This document shows, piece after piece, positions 1-8,781 of a stretch of 64,000 nucleotides of DNA. The DNA is taken from the NCBI GenBank assembly GCA_963802255.1, contig CAWDHY010000001.1, positions 28,728-92,727 on the forward strand, given 5' to 3'. The stretch's first letter is position 1. Every line of letters begins with the position of its first letter. Origin of the DNA: Candidatus Magasanikiibacteriota bacterium. GTDB lineage: Bacteria > Patescibacteriota > Patescibacteriia > Magasanikbacterales > GWA2-37-8. The translations under genes and the position numbers were made by a program. Below the pieces are notes generated by a model. The model was not told where the DNA came from. It was given only the letters and a program-made list of their open reading frames with translations, and ran no database searches.

Positions 1-421
1 TCGCCACGCTCACATTAAGGCTTGTTTTTTGGCCTTTCATCGGTATAACCACGCTTGTGTCACAATATTTAAGAAGATTGTTTGTTACCCCCGTTTTTTC
101 ATTACCAACAACAAGTGCAAGAGGTTTTTTTGGCTTCCATTTAAATAAATCAAGGCTTTTTTTCGTCTGTTCCAAAGCCACTATATTATACCCTTTTTCA
201 CGCAATTGGGTAAGCAAACGCCAGGTCTGTTTCTGATATTCCCAGGGCATCCATTTTTCCGCACCCAAGGACACCTTGTCCAATTGAGGATGGGGGGGCC
301 GGGCGGTATATCCGCATAAATATATTTTTTCTACACCCGCGCCATCCGCGGTCCGAAACATAGCGCCCACATTATGCGCGCTTCTAATATCCGGTAAAAT
401 CAAGACAAATTTTTCTTTCAT
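1..421 (-). CDS. SpoU/TrmH-family RNA 2'-O-methyltransferase (C-terminal part lies beyond the window start)
   Basis: Minus-strand ATG at 421..419, then MKEKFVLILPDIRSAHNVGAMFRTADGAGVEKIYLCGYT...LALVVGNEKTGV. This carries the SpoU methylase motifs. The ORF runs off the window. The ATG overlaps the TGA stop of the upstream recombinase (ATGA). Confidence 0.7.
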   Translation of the reverse strand, partial: MKEKFVLILPDIRSAHNVGAMFRTADGAGVEKIYLCGYTARPPHPQLDKVSLGAEKWMPWEYQKQTWRLLTQLREKGYNIVALEQTKKSLDLFKWKPKKPLALVVGNEKTGVTNNLLKYCDTSVVIPMKGQKTSLNVSVA

Positions 422-1239
422 AAATCAAGCGGACTAACAATATTTTTCAAATTATTATTTGCCACATGGGTATAGATCTGAGTGGTCTGCAATTTAGCGT
501 GGCCCAATAATTCTTGAATATATCTAATATCCGTCCCATTTTCAAGCAAATGTGTGGCAAACGAGTGGCGCAATGTATGCGGAGTAACATTTTTAGCAAT
601 ATCAGCTTTTTTTGCAGCAAAAACCACAATTTTTTGTATTGTCGCCTCTGTTAATCTATCGCCACGCCCATTAGTGAACAAAAAATCATTTGGTTGCTTC
701 AAACTTTTTTGTTTTATCAAAATCTCCTTAAGCGACTCCGGCAAAAGAGTCATTCTATCTTTCTTACCTTTGCCTTGGAATATCCGCAGTAATCCTCGAT
801 CAAAATCTATATCCTTCATCCTAACATGTGTTAATTCACTCACCCGCAGTCCACAACCATATAACATAGATATAATACAATTATGCTTCAGATTCACCGG
901 GGCAGCAAGTATTCGCACCACTTCTTCCTTAGATAAAACTACCGGGATATGCTTTTCCTTTCGCGGATGCATTAAATTGATAAAAAATTGACGGTGCCAA
1001 ATCGTTTTATAATAAAATAACAGGGCATTATAGGCTACAGAGACCGTGCTGGTTGATCGTGAACCTGCTAAATAATCCAGGTAATCCTTAATATCATTGG
1101 CCGTCACCTCGCGCGGGTCTTTCAGACAAAATCGCAGAAACTCATTATTATAACGGATATATGAATCGGCAGTTTTTTGGCTATAATTACGAATTCTTAA
1201 CTCCCGAGATAAATTTTCAAATGTGTTGCCCTCCCCCAT
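418..1239 (-). CDS. Tyrosine site-specific recombinase, XerC/XerD-like (phage integrase family)
   Basis: 273 aa. N-terminal SAM-like core-binding region (ANDIKDYLDYL). Catalytic residues R (CGLRVSEL), K (GKGKKDR), HTLRH, LLGH and IYTHV Y, spaced as in Xer proteins. Too short to carry the IntI-specific insertion. Confidence 0.85.
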   Translation of the reverse strand: MGEGNTFENLSRELRIRNYSQKTADSYIRYNNEFLRFCLKDPREVTANDIKDYLDYLAGSRSTSTVSVAYNALLFYYKTIWHRQFFINLMHPRKEKHIPVVLSKEEVVRILAAPVNLKHNCIISMLYGCGLRVSELTHVRMKDIDFDRGLLRIFQGKGKKDRMTLLPESLKEILIKQKSLKQPNDFLFTNGRGDRLTEATIQKIVVFAAKKADIAKNVTPHTLRHSFATHLLENGTDIRYIQELLGHAKLQTTQIYTHVANNNLKNIVSPLDL

Positions 1240-1350
1240 ATTATTTGCTAAAATTAATGCGCTATACCCCCATGGGCTATAACCTCAATTTAGCAAAAAT
1301 TTTATCATATTTTAGCCATTTTAGCTACTAGTTATGATAAAGGTAGTTAT

Positions 1351-1731
1351 ATGACATTTTATTTAATTTTTAACCAAAAAACTATGAAAACAACACCAAG
1401 TCATTTCATGATTTCTGTAAAGGACATGGAAAAATCTTTAAACTTTTATCGTGATAAATTAGGATTAAAAGTTTTATACAAAACTGATGAATGGTCAGAA
1501 CTTTCTTTTGACAACAATTTAGAGCTTGCACTTAAAAAAGATGAGAAAGGTGCTAATTTAAATTGTGCTGGTATCGGTTTCCAAGTAGATGACTGCGAAG
1601 AAGCAACAAAATATTATGAATCAAAAGGAGTTGAATTTACTACAAGATGTCAAAAGAAAGAAGATATTATCTTAAGTCAGTTTAAAGATTCTGATGGAAA
1701 TGTAATTTGGCTATCTCAAAAAATTAAATAA
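1351..1731 (+). CDS. VOC family protein (glyoxalase/bleomycin-resistance/dioxygenase fold)
   Basis: MKTTPSHFMISVKDMEKSLNFYRDKLGLKV... is a typical VOC betaalphabetabetabeta N-terminus. The likely start is the internal ATG at 1384. Confidence 0.65.
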   Translation: MTFYLIFNQKTMKTTPSHFMISVKDMEKSLNFYRDKLGLKVLYKTDEWSELSFDNNLELALKKDEKGANLNCAGIGFQVDDCEEATKYYESKGVEFTTRCQKKEDIILSQFKDSDGNVIWLSQKIK

Positions 1732-1734
1732 AAC

Positions 1735-1806
1735 ATCACATAACACGCGATATCTGCAAGGGCTAAAGCCACATTTCTATGAAACGTCAGATATCGCGAA
1801 ACGTTA
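1735..1806. repeat. 72-nt imperfect palindrome (attC-like stem-loop) directly after the VOC gene stop
   Basis: CACATAAC-A-CGCGATATCTG ...31 nt... CAGATATCGCG-AAAC-GTTATGTG. The outer 8-mers are exact reverse complements. The inner 11-mers are exact. The bulges are asymmetric (1 nt versus 4 nt). Confidence 0.6.
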
Positions 1807-1813
1807 TGTGAAA

Positions 1814-1870
1814 TATACTTTTTCTTTTCGGGCTATCGTCCGCGCTTCACCAAAATAAATAAAATTTGAT
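1814..1870. repeat. Left terminal inverted repeat flanking ORF 1928..2800
   Basis: tatactttttctttt-cgggctatcgtccg-cgcttcaccaaaataaataaaatttgat. Its 15-nt and 28-nt arms are perfect reverse complements of 2907..2921 and 2866..2893. Confidence 0.8.
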
Positions 1871-1927
1871 TTTTTCTTTTATAAAAGGGAAAATAAGGAA
1901 AATAATTTATTAGTTAACTATAAAACT

Positions 1928-2800
1928 ATGTCAATCGAAAGACCAACACCACAGGATGTCGTGAGTCCCGAATCTCGCGAAAGTGAGGAGTCAAAATACG
2001 CTCTTGATTCTAATCAAGAATTTTTGGGCTTCCAAAACGTGGAGGTAACAAAAACAGACGATACAAAGCCATGGAAACCAGCTCTCGAAGTAAAAGTAAC
2101 AAAAACCGATGGTTCAGTTGCTGAAAATCTTGACGCTAACACGCCATTTTTCACATTTCGTGATTCAGAAGGAAACGAAATGACGGTCACTGCGGCCGCA
2201 GCTGGACACATTGATCAGTTGCACATCAAAGGTGAAGACGCCGGCAGTAAGTTTGATTATTCATCACTTGAAGCATTGTTTAAGGATGTTGCCCAAAAAT
2301 TACCACAGGAAGTTGCCAGTGCGCCGGGCGTGTCTGACTTTGCTGTAGACATGGGACGGCACATGGGAAAGGAAGGAATCGCAAGCATGGCAGAATTAAA
2401 AACAGAAGGTATTTTAAGCGAAGCAGACTTGAGTACTGCTGAATCTGTTCGTGCGGAAGTACAGGAGCTTAACAAGTCCGGTGACGAAGCTGCAAAAAAA
2501 GCATTTGCAGAAAAATTCAAAGCAGATAATCCTGACTGCAAAGTACAGTTTCAGCTTGTCCGCGGAACCGTGCTCGTTCCAACCGTAGATACGCCAAAAC
2601 GAGACACTACTAAATTATTCATGGTATTTGGCCCTGGTGCAGATGTAAAGAAAACTGCATATACAATGGCACCAGGTAGACATATGCCACGACACCCAAA
2701 TCCAGGCCAACATAAAAATCAAGAAGGTATACTTAATGAGGAAACCTTTAAAGAATCAGCTGACGCATGGTTTGACACGGTAATGTTGACCGGAAAATAA
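1928..2800 (+). CDS. Hypothetical acidic protein (no recognisable domain), TIR-flanked cargo ORF
   Basis: 290-aa ORF. GC looks higher than its neighbours by eye. Flanked by inverted repeats and followed by a perfect 14-bp stem terminator. Confidence 0.55.
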   Translation: MSIERPTPQDVVSPESRESEESKYALDSNQEFLGFQNVEVTKTDDTKPWKPALEVKVTKTDGSVAENLDANTPFFTFRDSEGNEMTVTAAAAGHIDQLHIKGEDAGSKFDYSSLEALFKDVAQKLPQEVASAPGVSDFAVDMGRHMGKEGIASMAELKTEGILSEADLSTAESVRAEVQELNKSGDEAAKKAFAEKFKADNPDCKVQFQLVRGTVLVPTVDTPKRDTTKLFMVFGPGADVKKTAYTMAPGRHMPRHPNPGQHKNQEGILNEETFKESADAWFDTVMLTGK

Positions 2801-2807
2801 AAAGGAA

Positions 2808-2856
2808 TTGACGGGACGCAATTCACCCCTTTTGTTTCCCTCTTGCGTCCCGTCAA
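2808..2856 (+). terminator. Hairpin terminator
   Basis: TTGACGGGACGCAA-21 nt loop-TTGCGTCCCGTCAA, a perfect 14-bp stem. Confidence 0.6.
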
Positions 2857-2865
2857 TATGGATAA

Positions 2866-2921
2866 ATCAAATTTTATTTATTTTGGTGAAGCGACCCTAA
2901 CGGGTTAAAAGAAAAAGTATA
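2866..2921. repeat. Right terminal inverted repeat (reverse complement of 1814..1870)
   Basis: atcaaattttatttattttggtgaagcg-accctaacgggtt-aaaagaaaaagtata. Further imperfect similarity extends to about 2990, including the 18-bp palindrome GGGCTTTTATAAAAGCCC at 2949..2966. Confidence 0.8.
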
Positions 2922-3054
2922 CATCATATAACAGCGTGCATGCGGTTCGGGCTTTTATAAAAGCCCTCTCCCATATTTGCTACACAAACATCAGGTGCAA
3001 TATTACTCGGCAGGCATTAAACTTAATATATAATTCATCAAATATTTTCTTAAT

Positions 3055-3600
3055 ATGGATCCACTAAAGATAATTCGAAAGTATTATCAAGTTGATTCAA
3101 AGTCTTATCAATTTTTAGTAGAACATGGCAAAGCAGTTACTAAGAAAGCTATCAAAATTGCAGAAAAAAATCCTCATCTTCATCCTGACGTGAAATTCAT
3201 AGAAGAAGCATCCATGTTACATGATATTGGAATGTTCTTAACTAATAATCCTGGAATTGGATGTTTTGGTAAAAAACCATACATCTGTCATGGATATTTA
3301 GGTAAAGAACTTTTAGAAAAAGAGAGCTTACCAAAACACGCATTAGTTTGCGAAAGACATGTTGGGGTGGGAATTTCAATCAAAGACATTGAGGAACTAA
3401 AATTACCAATACCTAAAAGAGATATGATTCCAATTTCGATAGAAGAACAAATTATTTGCTTTGCTGATAAGTTTTTTTCAAAATATGAAGGCGGTTTATC
3501 TAAAGAAAATAGCCTTGATAAGATTAGAACTGGATTATTAAAATTTGGTAATGACAAAATAAAAATATTTGATGAATGGATGATAAAATTTAAATGTTAA
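3055..3600 (+). CDS. HD-domain phosphohydrolase
   Basis: H...HD motif in SMLHDIGMF, with downstream conserved His and Asp. 181 aa. Confidence 0.75.
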   Translation: MDPLKIIRKYYQVDSKSYQFLVEHGKAVTKKAIKIAEKNPHLHPDVKFIEEASMLHDIGMFLTNNPGIGCFGKKPYICHGYLGKELLEKESLPKHALVCERHVGVGISIKDIEELKLPIPKRDMIPISIEEQIICFADKFFSKYEGGLSKENSLDKIRTGLLKFGNDKIKIFDEWMIKFKC

Positions 3601-3743
3601 TGCCTACCTGCGTAATACAACACCTAACACGGCATACACGGCTACGGTTTGCTCCGCAAACCTTCGCCCATATTGCACGGGTGTAGCCTGTCGGCTATTA
3701 TACACCCACGCAACATCGTATACGCCGAAACGTTATACGAAAT

Positions 3744-4901
3744 ATGATTATGAAAGCAAAATATCCTAATTTTATAATTTTAACATTCGCTATTTTAGGA
3801 ATGATTTTTTTGAGTGGCTGTGGGTTGCAAGATGTCAAGCAGGAGTCGGTACCGGAAGAAAATTTTCCAAAAATCGCAAGCTGGCTTTCGAAAAAGGATG
3901 AAATAATCGCCGGCAAACATCCTTATGACTTGATTATGACGGCCTGGTTTACTCCCGAAGAAGCGGAAAAAATTAAATTAGCAAATCCCAGCGCAAAAAT
4001 ATTAGCAGGACTATCCGCCAATTGGGTTTGGGATAATCGCGACTGGATGACTTTTTTGATAACAGCGGCAAATTATGGAAAAAAAGAGCCGATAGAAATG
4101 ACCGAGGAAATGTATTTACATAAGCTTAATGGTGAAAGATGCGCTTTCGGTTGGGCGTCTCCGGAGTGGGGGCACGAAGAAATTTATGCCATGGACCCGA
4201 GAAATGATAGGTGGATTGAGCTGATAACTTCTTTTTATAAAAACGTTTTGGACCAGGCGACACACGATGGTATCATTGTGGACATGGTGACGGAAAAACA
4301 ATGGTGGTGTCCCGAAGCGATCAGCAATGAAGAATGGCTCAACGCTACGAAAAACATTTTTTCAAAAATAGAAAAAATTAATACCAAGGACAAATTGGTT
4401 ATTATGAATGCCGGTAAGGACATCCAGGATATCGATGAATTTGGCGAATATTTTGACGGGTATCTGATGGAGAATTTCATGGGCAACCAGATGAAAACGA
4501 AGTTCGAAGATGGTTTGGCGGCGGCCGACAGCAAATACATTGTTATTTATGGAGTTGATACTGATGATACCGGCCAGAAAGATTTAAAAAAAATGCGCCT
4601 TGGCTTAACATTGAGCTTGCTAAATGATAATACTTATTTTACCTATGATTTTGGACCAAGAGACCACGGACAAGCATGGTGGTTTGATGAGTATAATGCT
4701 GAACTTGGGAGCGCTCTTGGAAAATATTATAAGAAGGACAACGCATACTGGAGGGAATTTGAAAAAGGAATTGTTGTGAGCTCTCCTTACAATGATATTG
4801 TTGTTTCATTTGATAAAGAATATGTTGATGCGACAACAAAAGTTAAAGCTAAAATATTTAATATTGGAAAAGAAGACGGGAGGATATTTTTAAAAAATTA
4901 A
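3744..4901 (+). CDS. Lipoprotein, putative TIM-barrel glycoside-hydrolase-like protein
   Basis: Lipobox LSGC at residues 23-26. A GH114-like assignment is only a weak, by-eye family resemblance. Confidence 0.5.
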   Translation: MIMKAKYPNFIILTFAILGMIFLSGCGLQDVKQESVPEENFPKIASWLSKKDEIIAGKHPYDLIMTAWFTPEEAEKIKLANPSAKILAGLSANWVWDNRDWMTFLITAANYGKKEPIEMTEEMYLHKLNGERCAFGWASPEWGHEEIYAMDPRNDRWIELITSFYKNVLDQATHDGIIVDMVTEKQWWCPEAISNEEWLNATKNIFSKIEKINTKDKLVIMNAGKDIQDIDEFGEYFDGYLMENFMGNQMKTKFEDGLAAADSKYIVIYGVDTDDTGQKDLKKMRLGLTLSLLNDNTYFTYDFGPRDHGQAWWFDEYNAELGSALGKYYKKDNAYWREFEKGIVVSSPYNDIVVSFDKEYVDATTKVKAKIFNIGKEDGRIFLKN

Positions 4902-4938
4902 TAAAGAAATAAAAAAATAATTAAATTAACTTAAAAAT

Positions 4939-5553
4939 ATGATAAAATTTCCCAAAGCTTCGCCTACAGTGCGCGCGGTTGCAGCTGTCATATTAGTCGC
5001 GGCTGCCGGTACAGTTTATCTGGCAAGAACCAAGCCGTTGATGTTTCAGTCTGTAACAGAAAAAATTGAAAGTATCATTACGCCCAAACCGCCGATAGGT
5101 AATCTGACACCGGCACGTGATCTGCGAGGTACTTGGAAGTCATCATTATCCGGCAAAGGCCTACAGTTATACGGCAGACACACCACTTACGGCTCAATTA
5201 CTGACATGTATGAAGACGGCGATATTGAACTGATTATTAATAACGTTCAAAATAATATTGCAGTCGGCACCATGCGCTATATCAATCTTTGCGGCTGGGG
5301 AGAAACCACTGTCACCATTCCTGGCGCAGAAGGAGTCATTAATGTGCCCAAAACTTGCGTGGCCGATACCGGTCCACAAGAAATCAGTATTCAAGTAAGC
5401 TCAAGCGCTCTGGATTTTGGAACAATTTCTGTTGACGGCATCACGGCCACAATGCAAGGCAATTTTACAACCGATATTATAAGTGGCACAATGACGGTAA
5501 CCATGCCGGGTGGAGTATTAAAAGGCACTTTTAATTTGTCGCGGCAAAGATAA
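4939..5553 (+). CDS. Hypothetical signal-anchored secreted protein
   Basis: N-terminal hydrophobic segment AVAAVILVAAAGTVYLA. Gly/Thr-rich beta-type C-terminus. Confidence 0.5.
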   Translation: MIKFPKASPTVRAVAAVILVAAAGTVYLARTKPLMFQSVTEKIESIITPKPPIGNLTPARDLRGTWKSSLSGKGLQLYGRHTTYGSITDMYEDGDIELIINNVQNNIAVGTMRYINLCGWGETTVTIPGAEGVINVPKTCVADTGPQEISIQVSSSALDFGTISVDGITATMQGNFTTDIISGTMTVTMPGGVLKGTFNLSRQR

Positions 5554-5611
5554 TTTGTAATGGAAAGTGTTTACTTCCTCTCAACTTCAGAAAGCAATTG
5601 ATTTATAAATT

Positions 5612-7735
5612 ATGACTGGCATGCTAATAAAAAAATTTAATCAGATCTCCAAAATTGATACTAAGATAGCCGGAGGCAAAGGCGCTTCACTCGGAGAGAT
5701 GACGCAGGCAAATATTTCTATACCGGGAGGTTTTGTAATTCTTTCCAATGTATTTGACGTCTTTATTGAAAAAACGGATCTAAATATTGAAATCGACGCG
5801 GTTTTGGACACAGTTGATATCAATAAAGTCCATACTGTCGAGAATGCGTCTGAGAGAATTAAAGCAATGATTCTTTCTAAAGAAATTCCAAAAAATATAG
5901 AAACGAAAATATTAAAAAATTTTAAAAAATTGGGTTCAAAATTTGTAGCGGTCCGGTCTTCGGCCACGGCAGAGGACTCTATTACCGCCGCATGGGCAGG
6001 ACAATTAGAAAGCTACCTCAACACGACAGGCAAAACACTTTTGGAAAATGTTAAGAAATGCTGGTCCTCGCTATTTTCTCCCAGGGCCATATTTTACAGA
6101 TTCAATAATAAGTTAGACAAGAAAAAAATTTCGGTTGCAGTCGTCATCCAAAAAATGGTTCAAGCGAAAAAATCAGGTATTGCTTTTTCGGTCCATCCCA
6201 TTACAGAGGATAAAAACCAGATAATTATTGAGGCTGGCTTTGGTTTGGGGGAAGCAATTGTTTCCGGGTCAATAACTCCGGATAGTTATGTTATTGATAA
6301 ACAAGGGCTTAAAATAATTGATATTAATGTAAATGAGCAAAAAAAAGCATTATACAAAAAAGCCGGTGGTGGAAATGAGTGGAAAAAACTGGGAGAAAAA
6401 GGTAAAAAACAAGTTTTATCTGGAAAAGAGATTGTTGAGTTGTCAAAACTAATCATGAAAATTGAAAAGCTTTACGGTTTTCCGTGTGATATTGAATGGG
6501 CAAAAGAAAAAAATCATTTTTATATTACTCAAAGCCGGCCGATTACCACATTGCCTAATACAACTAAAAGAAAACAAACAATTTTGAACTATATAAAAGG
6601 CCAAAAATGGTTTTTTGGCGTAAGAGCCGACGAGTCTTTATTATTTTATTCAGCAAAACAGGACGGATGCAATGAATACATAAAAAAAGAATACGGAGCC
6701 GAGTTTGCGGAAACTTTGCTCATCCCCTTGCTAAAAAACCGCCCAATCAGAGTTTTTAATCTTTCGCAGGCAAAAAAATTCCATGAATTCTCCAATAAAA
6801 AAATTCTAAAAAATCCGCGCATTATATTAACTTATATCGCTAAAAATAATCGCCTATACCAAGAAATGGAATCTAACGGAAAAAGATTAGCGACGGCAAT
6901 AAAAAACTGCGATTATCACAAAAGTGCGGGGTTGTTTAATAAAATATGTAACCTTTATAAGGTTGCCGGCGCGCAGTATATTATTATTTTTTCTTTAGGC
7001 CTTAAATTGACTGAAAATATAAATAACCTGAAAAATATTGGAGGGATTGTACAAAAGCATGATGAATGGAGGAACAGCGTGGCATTTAAAGAAGAAGAGC
7101 TGGGTGAAAATCTTTTTTATTTTTTTAAATTTTTATCAGAACAAAGGAAGCTAGAGATTGCGCCTCATCATTTTATGAAATTATTAACTTTAAATGAGAT
7201 TAATAATTGGTTAAACGAGAAGTTAACGGACGCGGAAATAAGAGGCATCATAAAATCAAGAAAACAACATGGTTTTATATATTTAAATTTAAATAATGAA
7301 CGCCGTGAGATTATTGACAGTTCTACGGAAATTAAAAAAATTCAAAAATATTTTTTTAAATTGGATAGAGCGGAGAAAAAATCAAATAACCCCAATATCA
7401 TTAAAGGCCAAACTGCTTGCGGTTCAAATGAAATAATAAAAGGAAAAGTTATTGTTATTAAAGATAAATCTGAATTAAAAAACAAAAGCCGTTTAATAAA
7501 GGGTAAAATTTTAGTAGCTATCCAGACTACGCCTCACTTTATTCCTTATATGAAAAATGCCAAAGCGATTATCACCGATGAAGGCGGATTGACCTGCCAT
7601 GCGGCAATTGTGGCCAGAGAATTTAATAAACCTTGTATAATCGGAACCGGTACTGCAACGCACATATTAAAAGACGGTGATGCGGTTGAATTGGAAATGA
7701 ACGATGGCACCATAAAAATTATTATAAAAAAATAA
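5612..7735 (+). CDS. PEP-utilising enzyme family protein, PpsA/rifampicin-phosphotransferase-like (N-terminal ATP-grasp, C-terminal phosphohistidine mobile domain, no PEP-binding TIM barrel)
   Basis: The N-terminus KIAGGKGASLGEM is the pyruvate phosphate dikinase PEP/pyruvate-binding-type ATP-grasp. The C-terminus GGLTCHAAIVAREFNKPCIIGTG is the PEP-utilisers mobile domain with its catalytic His. 707 aa. Confidence 0.8.
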   Translation: MTGMLIKKFNQISKIDTKIAGGKGASLGEMTQANISIPGGFVILSNVFDVFIEKTDLNIEIDAVLDTVDINKVHTVENASERIKAMILSKEIPKNIETKILKNFKKLGSKFVAVRSSATAEDSITAAWAGQLESYLNTTGKTLLENVKKCWSSLFSPRAIFYRFNNKLDKKKISVAVVIQKMVQAKKSGIAFSVHPITEDKNQIIIEAGFGLGEAIVSGSITPDSYVIDKQGLKIIDINVNEQKKALYKKAGGGNEWKKLGEKGKKQVLSGKEIVELSKLIMKIEKLYGFPCDIEWAKEKNHFYITQSRPITTLPNTTKRKQTILNYIKGQKWFFGVRADESLLFYSAKQDGCNEYIKKEYGAEFAETLLIPLLKNRPIRVFNLSQAKKFHEFSNKKILKNPRIILTYIAKNNRLYQEMESNGKRLATAIKNCDYHKSAGLFNKICNLYKVAGAQYIIIFSLGLKLTENINNLKNIGGIVQKHDEWRNSVAFKEEELGENLFYFFKFLSEQRKLEIAPHHFMKLLTLNEINNWLNEKLTDAEIRGIIKSRKQHGFIYLNLNNERREIIDSSTEIKKIQKYFFKLDRAEKKSNNPNIIKGQTACGSNEIIKGKVIVIKDKSELKNKSRLIKGKILVAIQTTPHFIPYMKNAKAIITDEGGLTCHAAIVAREFNKPCIIGTGTATHILKDGDAVELEMNDGTIKIIIKK

Positions 7736-7782
7736 TAAACTAGGGATCTTTAATATGATGATGCCGGGAGCAATTCAAATAA

Positions 7783-8775
7783 TTGCTTCTTTGTGTTAAA
7801 ATGAATGATACGCATATGATTACATACATATTATTTGTCATAGGGTTTTTTCTGCTCATCAAAGGAGCCGGTCTTCTAGTTGACGGTTCAGCATCAATCG
7901 CGAAGAAATTGAAGATTTCCAGTATTGTCATTGGCCTGACAATCGTCGCTTTTGGCACTTCCGCGCCGGAATTTATAGTCAATATCTTCGCCAGCGCTCA
8001 AGGAAGCAGCGAGCTCGCTATTGGCAACATTTTGGGCAGTAATATAGCCAACATATTACTGATACTCGGCATTTCGGCCATTATTTACCCAATCGTCGCC
8101 AAAAAGAACACCGTTTTAAAAGAAATTCCACTCAGTCTTCTTGCCATCATCTTAGTCGGAGTAATGGCTAATGATAGAATAATAGACGGCAACGGCTTCT
8201 CCGGTCTGACAAGAATTGATGGCATCGTTCTTTTGTCTCTATTAATAATTTTTCTTTACTATACTTTTGGTATTACTAAGTCAAAAAGTGATATCCCTGA
8301 TGACGGCAAAATAGAAGTTTTTAGTTATTTCAAAGCGATAATGTTTATCATTATCGGCCTTGCCGGATTAACGCTCGGCGGAAAATGGATTGTTGATGGC
8401 GCGATAAAAATAGCGCAAATTTTTAATATCAGCCAATCATTAATTGGATTGACAATAGTCGCTATCGGCACTTCATTGCCTGAACTAGCCACCTCCGCAG
8501 TAGCCGCCTACAAAAAACAATCAGATATAGCTATTGGCAATGTCGTCGGCTCCAACATATTAAATATATTTTGGATTCTCGGTTTGAGTGCTGTCATCCG
8601 TCCCCTGCCGTTTAACACCAGCTCCAATATAGATATATTGATGACGATATTCGCCAGTTTAATTTTATTTCTGGCGATGTTTGTCGGTAAAAAATTGGTT
8701 ATACAAAGATGGCAAGGCATATTGATGATAACGGCCTATGTTGGCTATATCGTTTTCCTGATCATGACTAAATAG
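7783..8775 (+). CDS. Ca2+/cation antiporter, CaCA family (YrbG-like)
   Basis: Two alpha-repeats, GTSAPEF and GTSLPELATS. Multipass membrane protein. The start may be at 7801. Confidence 0.8.
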   Translation: MLLCVKMNDTHMITYILFVIGFFLLIKGAGLLVDGSASIAKKLKISSIVIGLTIVAFGTSAPEFIVNIFASAQGSSELAIGNILGSNIANILLILGISAIIYPIVAKKNTVLKEIPLSLLAIILVGVMANDRIIDGNGFSGLTRIDGIVLLSLLIIFLYYTFGITKSKSDIPDDGKIEVFSYFKAIMFIIIGLAGLTLGGKWIVDGAIKIAQIFNISQSLIGLTIVAIGTSLPELATSAVAAYKKQSDIAIGNVVGSNILNIFWILGLSAVIRPLPFNTSSNIDILMTIFASLILFLAMFVGKKLVIQRWQGILMITAYVGYIVFLIMTK

Positions 8776-8781
8776 AAAATT

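Noticed and set aside
418-1239. Calling the recombinase an integron integrase (IntI).
   Set aside because: At 273 aa, with Xer-like spacing between box I and HxxR, it has no room for the IntI-specific insertion. Kept as XerC/D-like.
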